A stretch of 64,000 bases of DNA, taken from contig CAXHJY010001703.1 of NCBI GenBank assembly GCA_964016885.1, positions 1-64,000 on the forward strand, in the 5' to 3' direction. A program made the translations under genes and the position numbers. Of the stretch, positions 45,421-57,860 are shown piece after piece. Positions within the stretch are counted from its first letter, which is position 1, and every line of letters begins with the position of its first letter. The stretch comes from Eledone cirrhosa (Eukaryota). The notes beneath the pieces were generated by a model. That model saw only the letters and a program-made list of their open reading frames with translations, had not been told where the DNA came from and ran no database searches.

Positions 45421-45756
45421 TATGGGGGGCGGGGGTCATGTTGCCAAAATTGTCAACAAAAACACACGCACTCCTGTTTTCACTCCTGGTTTATTATTAG
45501 TTAATCGTTATTTCGTCAAAGTTCTTTAGGCACACATCATGTGACCTTCTCAATGACTATTTGTTTTTCTGTGCCTCTACTTCACTTTGCTCAAATAGGC
45601 ATTGATGATGTCACAGAATGTGTGACTAAAGAACTTTGACGAACTAACGAATAATAGAACTGAAGTGAAAACAAACAGTGCATGTTGTTGTTGGCAATTT
45701 TGGCATCCCCAAATATAACACGATTTCACATCAAGAATCTTGCAAAACGATATATA
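45421..45756 (+). mobile_element. Older fold-back element related to the Penelope 3' end
   Basis: The left part is the reverse complement of, and the right part colinear with, a diverged 57830-58045. The right end carries a tail similar to 28526-28582. The hammerhead core is decayed. Confidence 0.7.
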
Positions 45757-45834
45757 CATTATAGAAATGACTTGTACAAGACTAGAACTGTTTCATTCAC
45801 AAGAATAGTGGACGCCTCCCAATTTACATCGGGG

Positions 45835-45871
<37 letters not shown>

Positions 45872-45873
<2 letters not shown>

Positions 45874-46431
45874 ATTCAAAATATTAATAAAAATAGACAT
45901 TCGTGTGCTCAAGTATATTTTATTATACATATTTCAGAGGTACTGAGCTATCTTCAACAGTACGTCCTCATCAGATGAAATAAGATGATGCATGACATAC
46001 CCTGACATAGTAGATGGTTAAGATTGAGTCATGGTAGTGAATATGATATGACAAGACACAATAGCTGTCACAAAAGCTTTCTCACACGCACCCTCTGTAT
46101 TATATGTAAGTTTTTTCATGTCTCAATCTTAAGGTATATAAATATTGTGTCTTGTCAAATATTCACTACCATGACTGAATCTTAACCATCTACTATGTCA
46201 GGGTAGTCATGCATCATCTTATTTTATCTGATGAGGACGTACTGTTGAAGATAGCTCAGTACCAATGAAATATGTATAATAAAATATACTTGATCACACG
46301 AATGTCTATTTTTGTTAATATTTTGAATTAATTAATATTAATAACTCCGGAAAACCATTTCTGTTGAGTGCTTCCAATTTATTGTAAAACTCATTCTTTG
46401 ATTTATTCATTGAACTTTGTTTAACCTTTAA
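45872..46431 (+). mobile_element. Fold-back element with about 190-bp arms and about 100-nt tail
   Basis: Arms 45872-46063 and 46143-46330, tail 46331-46431, CA/TA microsatellite flanks. Confidence 0.8.
46221..46285 (+). ncRNA. Putative type-I hammerhead ribozyme (mirror copy on minus strand at about 45917-45981)
   Basis: ATTTTAT-CTGATGA-[gtactg/cagtac stem II]-GAAA-tatg-TA-ta-ATAAAAT: conserved core, stem I complementarity and a minimal stem III. Confidence 0.6.
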
Positions 46432-46570
46432 ATATATATATATATATATATAAATGAAAATAGAGAAATTCATGTGAGCAAGAAGCCAACAGTATTTCAT
46501 AATATATAAGTGATTATAACGTCAAAATGGAAAATAATTAACGTAAGATATGGGAAAATAATTCAAACTC

Positions 46571-46609
<39 letters not shown>

Positions 46610-46708
46610 AGATGAGATTTTATTCACAGATTTTGTGAAATCCAGGGAAAAACCAACAGTCTTAACTCAGAATAAAATAAAGTTTAAATACTCATCCTTC
46701 AATTTGGA

Positions 46709-46766
46709 AAAACTACAAATGCTCTATATAGTCTTTTTTAAGACTATATAGAGCATTTGTAGTTTT
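46709..46766. repeat. Perfect 27-bp inverted repeat with T4 loop
   Basis: aaaactacaaatgctctatatagtctt-tttt-aagactatatagagcatttgtagtttt. Confidence 0.9.
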
Positions 46767-47326
46767 CACAAAACTTTTCAGTGGGATTAGTCACGGTTGG
46801 AATCGTTCCTCAGTAGAGCTCAATCAAAAGTAGAGCGATAATCAAAAGTTCCACTGCCAAAATATGCCAAAAAGGGAATTTAAAAGCAGGCTAGTTCACC
46901 TCGTGCGGAATTATGAAAATAAACACACATGGAGAGACATGGCTGGTGACGTCAGAATGTCTATTTACAAGAAACAGCAGTCAAAAACATTTCGAAATAA
47001 CTACAAAATGTAAGGAGTTCAGCAAAATAGCAATATTATCGTGGTTTTTTTTTTTTTAAAAGACCGAGATTAGTCACAAATAATTTTAAGCACTCTAGGA
47101 AAAATTCCGAGTATAAATATAAATAAAAAAAAAATTATATATATATATATATCACTGCCACTACTGGAATTGAATAAACAAAATCGTAGCGGTATGTCGC
47201 ATATCCAATAATCCAATAAACGTACTTAAATACCATTGTACCTTTGAAATATGTATAAAATATATATTTTGGTTAAAATATATATTTTGGTTATGAGAAT
47301 ATTTTTCATTTATTAATATTTTGAAT

Positions 47327-47354
<28 letters not shown>

Positions 47355-47357
<3 letters not shown>

Positions 47358-47792
47358 CGATATTAACAAATGGAAACAATATTTATAAAACCATATTTAT
47401 TTCATTATACATATTTCAAGGTCACCAAGTTAAATTATGGTGAGCTTTCATCAGATAAAATATAATATAGAGCAGTTTTATAAATAAATATTGACATACC
47501 CTTAAAGAATGCAACCATTACTGTTGGAAGCTCCAACAGTAATGGTTGCATTCTGTAAGGGTATGTCAATATTTATTTATAAAACTGCTCTATATTATAT
47601 TTTATCTGATGAAAGCACACCATAATTTAACTTGGTGTCCTTGAAATATGTATAATGAAATAAATATGGCTTTATAAATATAGTTTCCATTTGTTAATAT
47701 CGTATTTTTACTCCAATTATTTGTTGAGTGCTTTATATCAGTTATAAAAATATTTGCTTGTTGTATCCCAACAATTTAAATAGAACTTTTAC
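47355..47792 (+). mobile_element. Fold-back element with 174-bp arms, 3-nt loop and about 87-nt tail
   Basis: Symmetric about 47530 (47355-47528 and 47532-47705, few mismatches). The tail shares ttgagtgctt with the 46331-46431 tail. (TA)n flanks. Confidence 0.82.
47597..47662 (+). ncRNA. Putative type-I hammerhead ribozyme
   Basis: ATATTTTAT-CTGATGA-aagcacacca...tggtgtcctt-GAAA-tatg-TA-ta-ATGAAATA. Confidence 0.55.
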
Positions 47793-48974
47793 ATATATAT
47801 ATATATATATATGATACCCATGCAGCAAGCCATGGGTTTTTGTCATATCTTCAGGTGCATGTGCATATAAATGGCTGAATGAGATCTCGTGAGAAAGGAG
47901 TGGAAAAGACAAACTAGAAGTGATATAGGGGAGGTAACTCTGGAATAAAGAAATTATTTAGAAAATAGAAGAGTGGAGAACTGAAAGTTAGTCTGTCTCC
48001 TACATACACGTATATTATCAATATACCCCTTCACTTATATGTTATAATTTCAACGCCACAACCCTACTGTTTGAAACAAGTACTAGAAATAGCAGCCAAA
48101 CATTTGATCCGACACGCATGTCACTGCTAACGCAAGAGCAAGACACGTAGGTTCCACAACAGGATTTATACTCATCATGGGGTCCCTTTTGAAGCAATGG
48201 AAGTGTAAGAAGATATTATAGTATTGAATCACTATCCTAGCATCTCTCTCATTTATAAAACGGCCGTAAAATAGCTCACTGTTAAGAGATGTCAAGAAAA
48301 AATGAAACCATAACGATAGTAAATTCTATTCCAAAAGCAATAATACATTGGCAGATTCGTTAGAACGTTCGATAGAATGCTTTGTCCCGGCTGTCTGCGA
48401 TCTGAACACAAATCCCGTCGAGGTCAACTTTGCCTTTCATCCTTTCGAAGTCGATAAAAAAAAGTACCCGTCCAATATTGACGCCGAATCTCCCTCCTCC
48501 CCCTCCCCTCTCTCTCTCTCTCTCCCTCTCTTATCTGGAAGAAATCGGCTGTTTAGACCTGGAGAGAGGATAACGCCGCCTGGTTTTAAATGTCGAAGAC
48601 ACGCCGTATGTCACGAAAGCAGCCCTTTGACTATCAGGAGTTAATACATAGGAAATTCATATGGGTATATATAGTTACATTATAGCTGAATAGATAATCA
48701 TGATAAGATTAATTAGAAACTATCAACAGCTAACTAGCAACAACAGTAACAACGGTTAGTAACTTGTTGCTAATGTATACAAACATTGACATATAAACAC
48801 AACGGGGAGAGGCCGATTGGTGTTTTAACAAAAGTACCTGCGCGCGCGCGTGTGTGTGCGTGCGTGCGCGTATGTTCATGCGCTGTATGTGTGTATGCTA
48901 GTGTATTTTGGTTTATTTGTGTGTGTGTAAGGTATATATGTGTTGTGTGCATGTATGTACGTGTATATAGTGAA

Positions 48975-49270
48975 GGTGTGTGGTTCATTTGTTAAGGTGT
49001 TCGGCTCACGGTCGTAAGTCATTACCTGGGGCATGTTGTGTCCTTGAGCAAGACATATTTAGCGTTCCTCCAGTTCACCCAGCTGGCAAAACTTGGTTGT
49101 AACTGTAATTCAAAGGGTCTCGCCTTGTCACACACTGTGTCAGGCTAAATCTCTATGAGAACTTCGTTAACGGTAAATGTGTCTGTGGGATGCTCAGGCA
49201 CTTACAGGTTAAGTTCAATAGCAGGTTATTCTGTTGTTCAAATAACTGAAACCCTCATCGCTGGTACCGA
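48975..49270 (+). mobile_element. tRNA-derived SINE (degenerate)
   Basis: Homologous to the reverse complement of 40995-41302. Confidence 0.65.
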
Positions 49271-49353
49271 TGGATATTCAAGAATAACATATAGCAGCAC
49301 GTTGTTCTTTACCCAACTCCTCAACCGCTCCTCGTTATAAAACCAAACCCTTT

Positions 49354-49644
49354 CTCTCGGGTCCCAAATAATAGGGGATGGGGGTGGAAAATCGATAATT
49401 ATTCTAGATTGTCTCTCTAGATTTAAAACAACAACAGAATTAGTCGTTTAGTTTACCATCATATTTATTTTATAACATAGGATTTTTAATAATGTTTTCT
49501 TTTGTCATGTATATTTTTCAATGTCTAAAGAAAATTAATTGTCTCAGGAATGCCAACACTTAAAATAAAATGTTGCCGGAGATAGAGTAGCAAAACTTAA
49601 TAAGCGAGTGGTATGGGGGGGGGGGGTTATTTGAGAACCGAGAG
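49354..49644. mobile_element. MITE, same family as 39036-39408 (inverted)
   Basis: ctctcgggtcccaaataa ... ttatttgagaaccgagag|TA. Confidence 0.75.
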
Positions 49645-49894
49645 TACACATAATATAGAGAAAATAATTGTTTCTACTTTTGGCACAAGGCCAGCAATTA
49701 CCCAAGAAAATAATATAGCTGAAAAATAGACGAGAAGATAATCTGAAATAGAGGGGGGGGGTGCAGTTTGTGTGTGTGTGATTGTACGGCTGTGTCTATA
49801 TGTCTGTCCATATAACCAAACCGGACTGTTGGTGTTGCTAACCAAACAAGGTAGACAAACCAGTGGCGATTTGGATTACATAAACAGACATACA

Positions 49895-50163
49895 GTGCGT
49901 TTGTTCCGAACAACGGAACAGCATGCTCGTGAAATTAACATCCAAGTGGCTGAGCATTCTACAGATATGTATACACTTAACGTAGTTCTCAGGAAGATTT
50001 AGCATGGCAGTGTATAACAAGGCTGGTCCTTTGAATTACAGGTACAACCCATTTCTCTGAGTGAACTGGAACAACACAAAAATGTCAACGCGCCACCGGG
50101 AATCAAACTCACGACCTCACGATCGTGAATCGACCACCCTAACCACTAAGTCACGCACCTTCG
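49895..50163 (-). mobile_element. tRNA-derived SINE
   Basis: Reverse complement: gaaggtgcgtgacttagtggttagggtggtcgattcacgatcgtgaggtcgtgagtttgattcccgg. Confidence 0.75.
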
Positions 50164-50329
50164 CTAAATAGAACAGATAGTGACGCAACCTGAATGTAGT
50201 CGTTGGGTATGCTAAAAATAGGAACGAAATCCCCCTCAAATCACACCATATTATTTTGCCAAATGGGATTGTTAGAGCTGAAACACTAGATTAGAACAAA
50301 CATACAATTAAATAACAGCCATATTCCGT

Positions 50330-50364
<35 letters not shown>

Positions 50365-50367
<3 letters not shown>

Positions 50368-50603
50368 TCAAATAAAAAAATATATGTATATATAGAGAAA
50401 GAACCATATATCGTTTGAGAAAGACGTAGTATTTTGTACATTAAAGCACAATATTTAGGAAAAAGTACACACTTTATTGTGAAAAAGCCCTCTCACCTTT
50501 ATATGTATGTACAAAATACTACCTGTTTCTCAAACGATATATGGCTCTTTCTCTCTCTCTCTCTATATATATATATATACACATATATCTTTTGATTTGA
50601 ATT
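50365..50603. repeat. Imperfect inverted repeat
   Basis: agagaaagaaccatatatcgtttgagaaa..gtagtattttgtaca (about 50394-50441) pairs with tgtacaaaatactac..tttctcaaacgatatatggctctttctct (about 50507-50554); looser flanks extend it. Confidence 0.75.
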
Positions 50604-51099
50604 ATTGAGCTTTTAGTAAAATAACAGGAGGCTAAACTGGTGAGATTCCTTCAAAGATGTATTTCAGCAAACACTACATTTTAGTGGCTTGGTTACGTAA
50701 GATCCTGGTGACACCATCAGGTGTATATCGCCTTCGAGTTAAAAACCTTTTTCTGTGTTTTTATCTGCTTTCTCTCCTAATAGTCTCTTGGATTGTGTTT
50801 ACCATTATTCCTTTATTATATAACTATTATGCAATATACACCTGATGATGTCACCAGGATCTTACGTAACCTGGCCACTGAAATATACATAGTGTTTGCT
50901 GAAATAAATCTTTGAAGGAATTTCACCAGTCCGGCCTCCTGTCATTTTACTCAATAATAATTAACTCCGTTCTCGCACCACCAACAAGATTCATCATCAA
51001 ATATCGATGAATTGCGTAACGTCGAGTGCTTTTCCTATTACATCATAATTGGCTCTACGGAATGACCAGTTCTATCCAGTGGTGAACCACCAAACTTAA
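50604..51099 (+). mobile_element. Fold-back element, family K, older copy
   Basis: Arms at about 50615-50728 and 50834-50951. The about 145-nt tail is homologous to the reverse complement of 53575-53711. Hammerhead core ACAC-CTGATGA...GAAA-tataca-TA-GTGT at about 50838-50895. Confidence 0.75.
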
Positions 51100-51957
51100 A
51101 TATATATATATATACATATATAATGATATAACGAGGTTAAGTTTCACTTTAAAATATATTTATTGTATAATGATGATTTCAAACGAATGAAATAGTTTTA
51201 GTCCTGTAGACGTCATTTCTATATAAAATAAATATGACACTAATGTATCGAGTACCTTATTTAACTGTGGTTCCTTCCCGATCCCCTTCTGAATACCATT
51301 CTAAATGTTGTGTACACACACACACACCCACACACAAATATATATGTGTGTGCATGAGAGAGAGAACGACAGATCCACTATGTAGTCATGCGACCTGCTA
51401 AAAAAAAAAAATCAACGAAATCTTCCTCACATCACATCACACACTACTGTCTTTAAAAATAGACAAAAGACAAGGAAGGACACATTAGACAATATAGTCC
51501 TAGATACACTATATCTGTAAAAGATAAATTAGTAATGGACACAGCTGGAACAACTTTTATAAATAGATCCGATGGCTCAGCACTGACTAAATAACACCAC
51601 CAAAAGTTTAACCAGGGGTTCATCTAAGTGGTCGATATCGATCTGAAGTAGGGGGAGGGAGGTCGATTGAACTTTTTGGCCCAAACCTGACATTTATGAA
51701 AGGAAATACACAAAATAATACAACATGCTTATACAGGTTTCTGATTTATATAGAATGTGGCTGTAGTGTCTATTTATTATATTCTGCTTATTGATCGTTT
51801 ACCGGTATCAGACATTAGACTGCAGCCATGATGGGGGACATAATTGATTTAGTCGGCCATATCGACACTAGTACTTTATTTAACTGATCTTCTCTTTATC
51901 ATCGAACAACTAAGTTATGAAACACTGACACAGATTCACACACGTGTGTGTGTGTGT

Positions 51958-52130
51958 TAACTTCCTTCCCTAACCTTCTCACACTACTCTTACACCTATC
52001 TGTTTTTCTCCTTATCCGAACTTTCCTGAAGAAGGACTTCTGTCCGAAAAGTTGAAACCTCCTCCACTTCCTCCAAGCGTGAACCTAATATAACTGTAAA
52101 ATTGCCTCCTGTGTTTTGTTTGTTTCATTT

Positions 52131-52133
<3 letters not shown>
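51958..52133 (+). mobile_element. Short hammerhead-bearing insertion between (TG)n tracts
   Basis: CTGAAGA-aGGAC ttct GTCC-GAAA-agtt at 52026-52053, the same motif as at 31533. Confidence 0.5.
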
Positions 52134-52182
<49 letters not shown>

Positions 52183-52254
52183 GTGTGCGTGTGTGTGCGT
52201 GTGTGTGCGTGTGTGTGCGTGTGTGTGCGTGTGCGTGCGTGTGCGTGCGTGTGT

Positions 52255-52289
<35 letters not shown>

Positions 52290-52449
52290 CAACGGGCTTC
52301 TGCAATTTCCATCTACCAAATCCCACTTACACGGCATTGGTCAACACATGTCTAGGGAAAAAGACACTTGCCCAAGGTGCCTCTAAGCAGCAGGACTGAA
52401 CTCAGAACCACATGGTTGCGAAGCAAACTCCTTAACCACACAGCCATGC
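52290..52449 (-). mobile_element. SINE (same family as 32180-32655)
   Basis: Reverse complement: ggcatggctgtgtggttaaggagtttgcttcgcaaccatgtggttctgagttcagtcc...ccttgggcaagtgtc. Confidence 0.75.
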
Positions 52450-53518
52450 CATATTTACATATAGATTTTTTGTACATGTCTGAAGTCGATCAAGGGTGAG
52501 TCAAGGATTCCATGAAAGGATCGATGGTCAAAAAGGTTTGAGGATCCTTGAGCTACACAAAAATGAGACGAGGGCTGGATTGGAAACAGAGAGAAATTAT
52601 GGAAGATAGAGATGGTCAGAGATAGACAGAGACAGCAAGATGATGGAGGATAGATAAACAGGTAAATATACAGAGACAGATGTTAACATATAGATATCAT
52701 CATCATCGATTTTACTTCCGCTTTCCCATGCTTGCGTAGACTGGGCGTGTCCTTCTCAGGACGGCATCCACCTGTGTGTGTGTTAGATAGAGTGATATGA
52801 TGAGAGATATCTAGGTAGAGAGACAGAGCAAGAAAGAGAGCAATGGAAAGGGTAAAATAAAGGAGACCTCTCACTACCTGGTCACTAGATCTTGTAGAAA
52901 CAGTAGCCAGATAGCCCAGAAATTACACTACTTTCGTCATACACAATGAAAACAGTGCTAGATCGGTGGACAATGTTGAAGTACAAATGGCGTAGATTTA
53001 AAAGAAAAATAATAAATATTACTGATTCATGTGAAACAAAAATATACCTAACAGAAGAAAGAAGGCTTTTCCAGAATCCACTCCTTCCCCTGATAAATTA
53101 AGACAATAATATATCCGAACCAATTTATTAGCGTTGGGGTTAGGATTTAGGGTTAATTCAGTCAGTTCCTGTAACTAATACTTAAACCCGAATCGTAATT
53201 TGGAATGCATTAGTTTGGATTAACACAGAGACGGATTAACAACAACGACATTTACGCCACATTGCTCCAATTTATATTGGAACACACATACATACATATA
53301 TATATATATATGTATTCTTATAAGTCATCCAAATATACAAGTGTGTTTATTTGAATTAAAAATCAGAAGAATTAGAAAAATAACCCTAACAGGCCGCTTG
53401 ACCTGCTAAAAGTAACAGCTAAATTTACCTTTAAAAAGAGTTAATATTCAACCCATGTAACATTGCATTTTATAAAGTAGTATTTATTAGATGATTATAT
53501 ATATATATATATATATAG

Positions 53519-53551
<33 letters not shown>

Positions 53552-53574
53552 TATATTTATTTATTTATTTATTT

Positions 53575-54126
53575 GGGTTTGTTGGTTCACCACTGGATAG
53601 AACTGGTCATTCTGTGTGGTCAACCTCGATGTATTATTATGGAGAGCACTCAACGTAATGCAACTCACCCGTCTTCGTTTGTGTAGTTGGTGTTGCGAGT
53701 ACGGAGTTAATTATTACAAAATAACAGGAGGCAAGTTCTGGTGTAAATCCTTGAAAGGTTTATTATACTATGATCATTTCAATGACCGGGTTCAGTATGA
53801 ATCCGGTGACATCATCAGGTAATCCAAAATATAACGAAGGAATATAACATAAAAATCCATGGTGTTGAAAATTAGAGACGGGAGGGTGGCCGGCAATTTA
53901 ACAACTTCTACCTATGTCGGCCGCCCTCAAGCTGCTAAATTGCCGGCCACCCTCCCGTCTTTGATTTTCAACACCATGGATTTTTATCTGTTATATTCCT
54001 TCGTTATATTTTGAATTACCTGATGATGTCACCGGATTCATACTGAACCCGGCGATTGAAATGATCATAGTATAATAAACCTTTCAAGGATTTATACCAG
54101 AACTTGCCTCCTGTTATTTTGTAATA
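53575..54126 (-). mobile_element. Fold-back element, family K, with about 190-bp arms and about 137-nt tail
   Basis: Arms 53712-53900 and 53936-54126 (near-perfect), tail 53575-53711, flanked by (TA)n/(ATTT)n and (GA)n. Confidence 0.82.
54014..54075 (+). ncRNA. Putative minimal type-I hammerhead with palindromic stem III (mirror on minus strand at about 53763-53823)
   Basis: TAC-CTGATGA-tgtcaccgg...ccggcgatt-GAA-ATGATCAT-A-GTA. The self-complementary ATGATCAT is typical of dimerising Penelope-associated hammerheads. Confidence 0.65.
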
Positions 54127-54127
54127 T

Positions 54128-54165
<38 letters not shown>

Positions 54166-54180
54166 TGATAATAATAATAA

Positions 54181-54480
54181 TAATTGTTTCTACTTTTGGC
54201 ACAAGGCCAGCAATTATCCCAGTGCATTACTGGTACTTTATTTTATCGACCCCGTAAGGATGAAAGGCAGAGTCAACCTCGGCGGGATTTAAACTCAGAT
54301 CGTAAAGGGACGTAACTATGATGGAAAGCATGGCGTCCGACCCTCTACCGATACTGCCAATCCACCGCCCAATATAATAATAATAATAATAATTGTTTCT
54401 ACGTTAGGCACAAAGCCACCAAATACCCAGTGCATTACTGGTACTTTATTTTATCGACCCCGTAATGATGAAAGGCAAAG
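54181..54480 (-). mobile_element. SINE family B, full copy (54181-54370) plus truncated tandem copy
   Basis: Reverse complement of 37286-37480, with (ATT)n tails. Confidence 0.82.
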
Positions 54481-55257
54481 TTATAATAGAAGAGGGTCAT
54501 ATGGTGAAACGCCTTTGATCGTACGATGTTTTGACTGCTCTGCTGTATCATGACTGACCTGGGGCTAAACAACAAAACGGATATAATTGTTTTGCTTGTC
54601 TAATATCATTCGATCGATTACACACAGACATATGTCTGTGTATGTATTCTAGTGAGCGTGGGTAAATATTTATATATGTGCGTATGTGTGTTAGTGTGAG
54701 TGTGTGTTCTGGGCGTTCCAATGATATATTTTAAATGATTAATTGATATATGCATAAACTACATAGATCGAATGTCATTAAAAGTCCTAATGGTTTGTTG
54801 CTTTTGTTGTTGTTTACACATCGGTTGGCCTTCATCGAACCGGTTAGACATATCTATAACCAAATGCGTTACAACCGTGATCACTCCGATTTTATTCAAA
54901 CATTGTATCTGATTTACATAATCTAATGTTATTTTCATATCACAATATATATATGTATATATATATATATGAATAAATTTAGTCCTTCATCAGTGGTCTT
55001 CCAACCTTCATTGGTATTTCATCGCTTTAAACACCATATACCTCTGGTTGGTGCGAGCAACGGCTAAAGAAAGTCGTTGGGACACGTAAATAAAGGGAAC
55101 GAGTGAAACAGCAAACAATCAAAGTTGGTAATGCAACGAAAAGTGAGGAAGAAGGAGTCAAGTCCCTGAAATCGATGAATATAAGTTCTGTGAAATCGTG
55201 GACGAGAGAGAATAAAGAACAACAAACCTTTCGCACAGGTCAAACGGGAGGGAGAAG

Positions 55258-55260
<3 letters not shown>

Positions 55261-55312
<52 letters not shown>

Positions 55313-55427
55313 TATACATAGCACAACATATATATATATATATATATATATAATGTCACAATATATATATATATATATATATATACATGTCACAATATAT
55401 ATATATATATATATATATATACATGTC

Positions 55428-55480
<53 letters not shown>

Positions 55481-55486
55481 GTCACA

Positions 55487-55524
<38 letters not shown>

Positions 55525-55895
55525 CATCATCATCATCATCATCACCGTTTTACGTCCGTTCTTCCACGCTAGCATGGGTTAGACGGGTTGTCCTGTTATG
55601 GGCAGTGTCTGGTCGGCTGACCATGCCTTGCTCATACAGGAACTGATCTGGCTTGATTTCTACAGCTGGATGCCCTTCCTAACACCAACCTCATTTACAG
55701 TGAGTGCTGGGTGCTTTTTCGTGGCGCCTACACGTCCACTTTACAGTGTGGGCTGGGTGCTTTTTATATACATATATATATACATGTCACAATATATATA
55801 TATACATATATATATACATGTCACAATATATATATATATACATATATATATACATATCACAATATATATACATATATATATACATATATATCACA

Positions 55896-55928
<33 letters not shown>

Positions 55929-56086
55929 CATATATATCATAATATATATATATACATATATATATACATATATATCACAATATATATATATATACATATA
56001 TATATATACATGTCACAATATATATATATACATATCACAATATATATATATACATATATATATACATATCACAATATATATATATA
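55261..56086. repeat. Compound satellite [GTCACAAT/ATCACAAT(AT)n] with a LINE/SINE tail insertion at about 55525-55763 (minus strand)
   Basis: Seen directly; the insertion matches 10835-11070. Confidence 0.9.
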
Positions 56087-57659
56087 GCAAGGTTGAGTTC
56101 CGTGGGATTGATACCAGTGAGCTGGGACTCCTACTTAAGCTTACCTATAGTAATAGTTACCTAGACACATATGACCTTAGCAACCTGTGCCCTACAAGAC
56201 CAGCAAGAGACAGACCACCTACCATTACCTCAATGGCCAAGAAAACCCACACAGATAGATGGAACGGGTGGACCAGAGCCATACGGACACCAGAAAACCA
56301 CGATAAACTGAAGAAAATGATTGCACATGCGGTAGGGGCCAGCATAAAACTAACCCTTAAGGAACATATGTTCAAATTTAATGGAAAAACATATGCCCAA
56401 GAGGAAGGAGCAGCCATTGGTGTTAGCATTGCAGGCGACATAGCTCACTTATTCATGGTATGGTGGGACAGTAGACTTAAACTTAAAGAACAATTAGAAG
56501 ACCCCTTAACCCTGATAATGTACTCCCGCTACGTAGATGATATAAACATCGTAGTTAAGACACCCCCACTAGAAAACAGTCAGGAACTAGAGAAAAACAC
56601 AATGGAAAGCATCCAGCAAATAGCAAACTCCATCCACCAGAGCATTAGAGTTACTATAGACTACCCAAGTAAACACCTCAACCATCGATTACCTGTACTA
56701 GACACAGAGCTCTGGTTAGATACCATTAACAACAAAAAACAAATCCTCCATTCCCATTATGCCAAACCCATGACTTCCAAACATCTGATCCACCGAAACT
56801 CGGTCATTTCGGACCATACCAAAATCAACATACTGATTGCGGATTTGGTACGGGTGATGAGAAATGTGTCCCGCATGTGCAACCCCGAAGAACTAGAGAG
56901 ACACATACAACACTTCATCCACCGTATGCAGTTCTCTGGCTACAATCAGAGAGATAAAATCAGAGTGTATAGAGGAGCCAGAACCAAATGGGAAAAAATG
57001 GTAAATAATGATATAAATGAGACCTGCCCTTGTATAGGAGCAAATTTTGGAATAGAATAGAAAGAACTAGGAACAAGGCCAATAGAATAAACTCATGGTA
57101 TGATAGCAATAAATACCAGAGTGTGATGTTCATCGATACAACCCCTAGAGGTGAATTAGCTTACAGATTTAGAAGGGCCCTAAATAAACATAAACTCAAT
57201 ATTAAGATAGTAGAAAGACCAGGTACCTCTGTAAAAACACTTATTAGCAAGACATACCCTTTTCAAAGACCCTCATGTATAGATAAGAAATGTATAACCT
57301 GTAAAATAAGCCCCCATATTAACTGTAAAACTAGAAATGTAGTGTATAGCATAAGATGTACTGAAGGACAATGTAGAGACAAAAATATAATGTACATAGG
57401 TGAGACAGCTTGTAGTGTAGGGGAACGGATAAATGAACACTGGCGAGACCTTCAAGATAATAAAGGATCATCTGTACTCTACCAACATGCTAAGATAGAA
57501 CACAAGGGTAAATTAGAGAATATAGAAATAAAAATAGAATCTACACACAGAATAGACGCAATGTTTAGACAAATTACAGAGGCAATAAACATAAAAGAAT
57601 TACAACCAAAATTAAATAGAAAATATGAGTGGAACAGCAACATCACAACTTACAATTAA
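56087..57659 (+). pseudogene. Penelope RT-GIY-YIG ORF, N-terminally truncated, one frameshift near 57030
   Basis: ORF 55711-57060 (its real part starts at about 56087) continues into ORF 57030-57659 by a 1-nt frame change at ...TGCCCT|TGTATAGG. Confidence 0.85.
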
Positions 57660-57860
57660 GGACAAAATGAAACACACACACACACATAGAACAAACAACC
57701 AACCAGTAACATGTAAATAAACAAATAAATAAATGAACATAAACACACACAGACACCCGGATGTGGCGCATGCGCAGACTGAGCACACAACACACACACA
57801 GAAACAAAATGGCGTAGGACAGAACAAAGCAGAGGCACAGAAACAAAAAAAGGAATCCCC

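Noticed and set aside
31724-54126. Fold-back elements as classical MITEs
   Set aside because: The arms are asymmetric (one-sided tail), the junctions vary, they contain hammerhead cores, and one family matches a Penelope 3' end.
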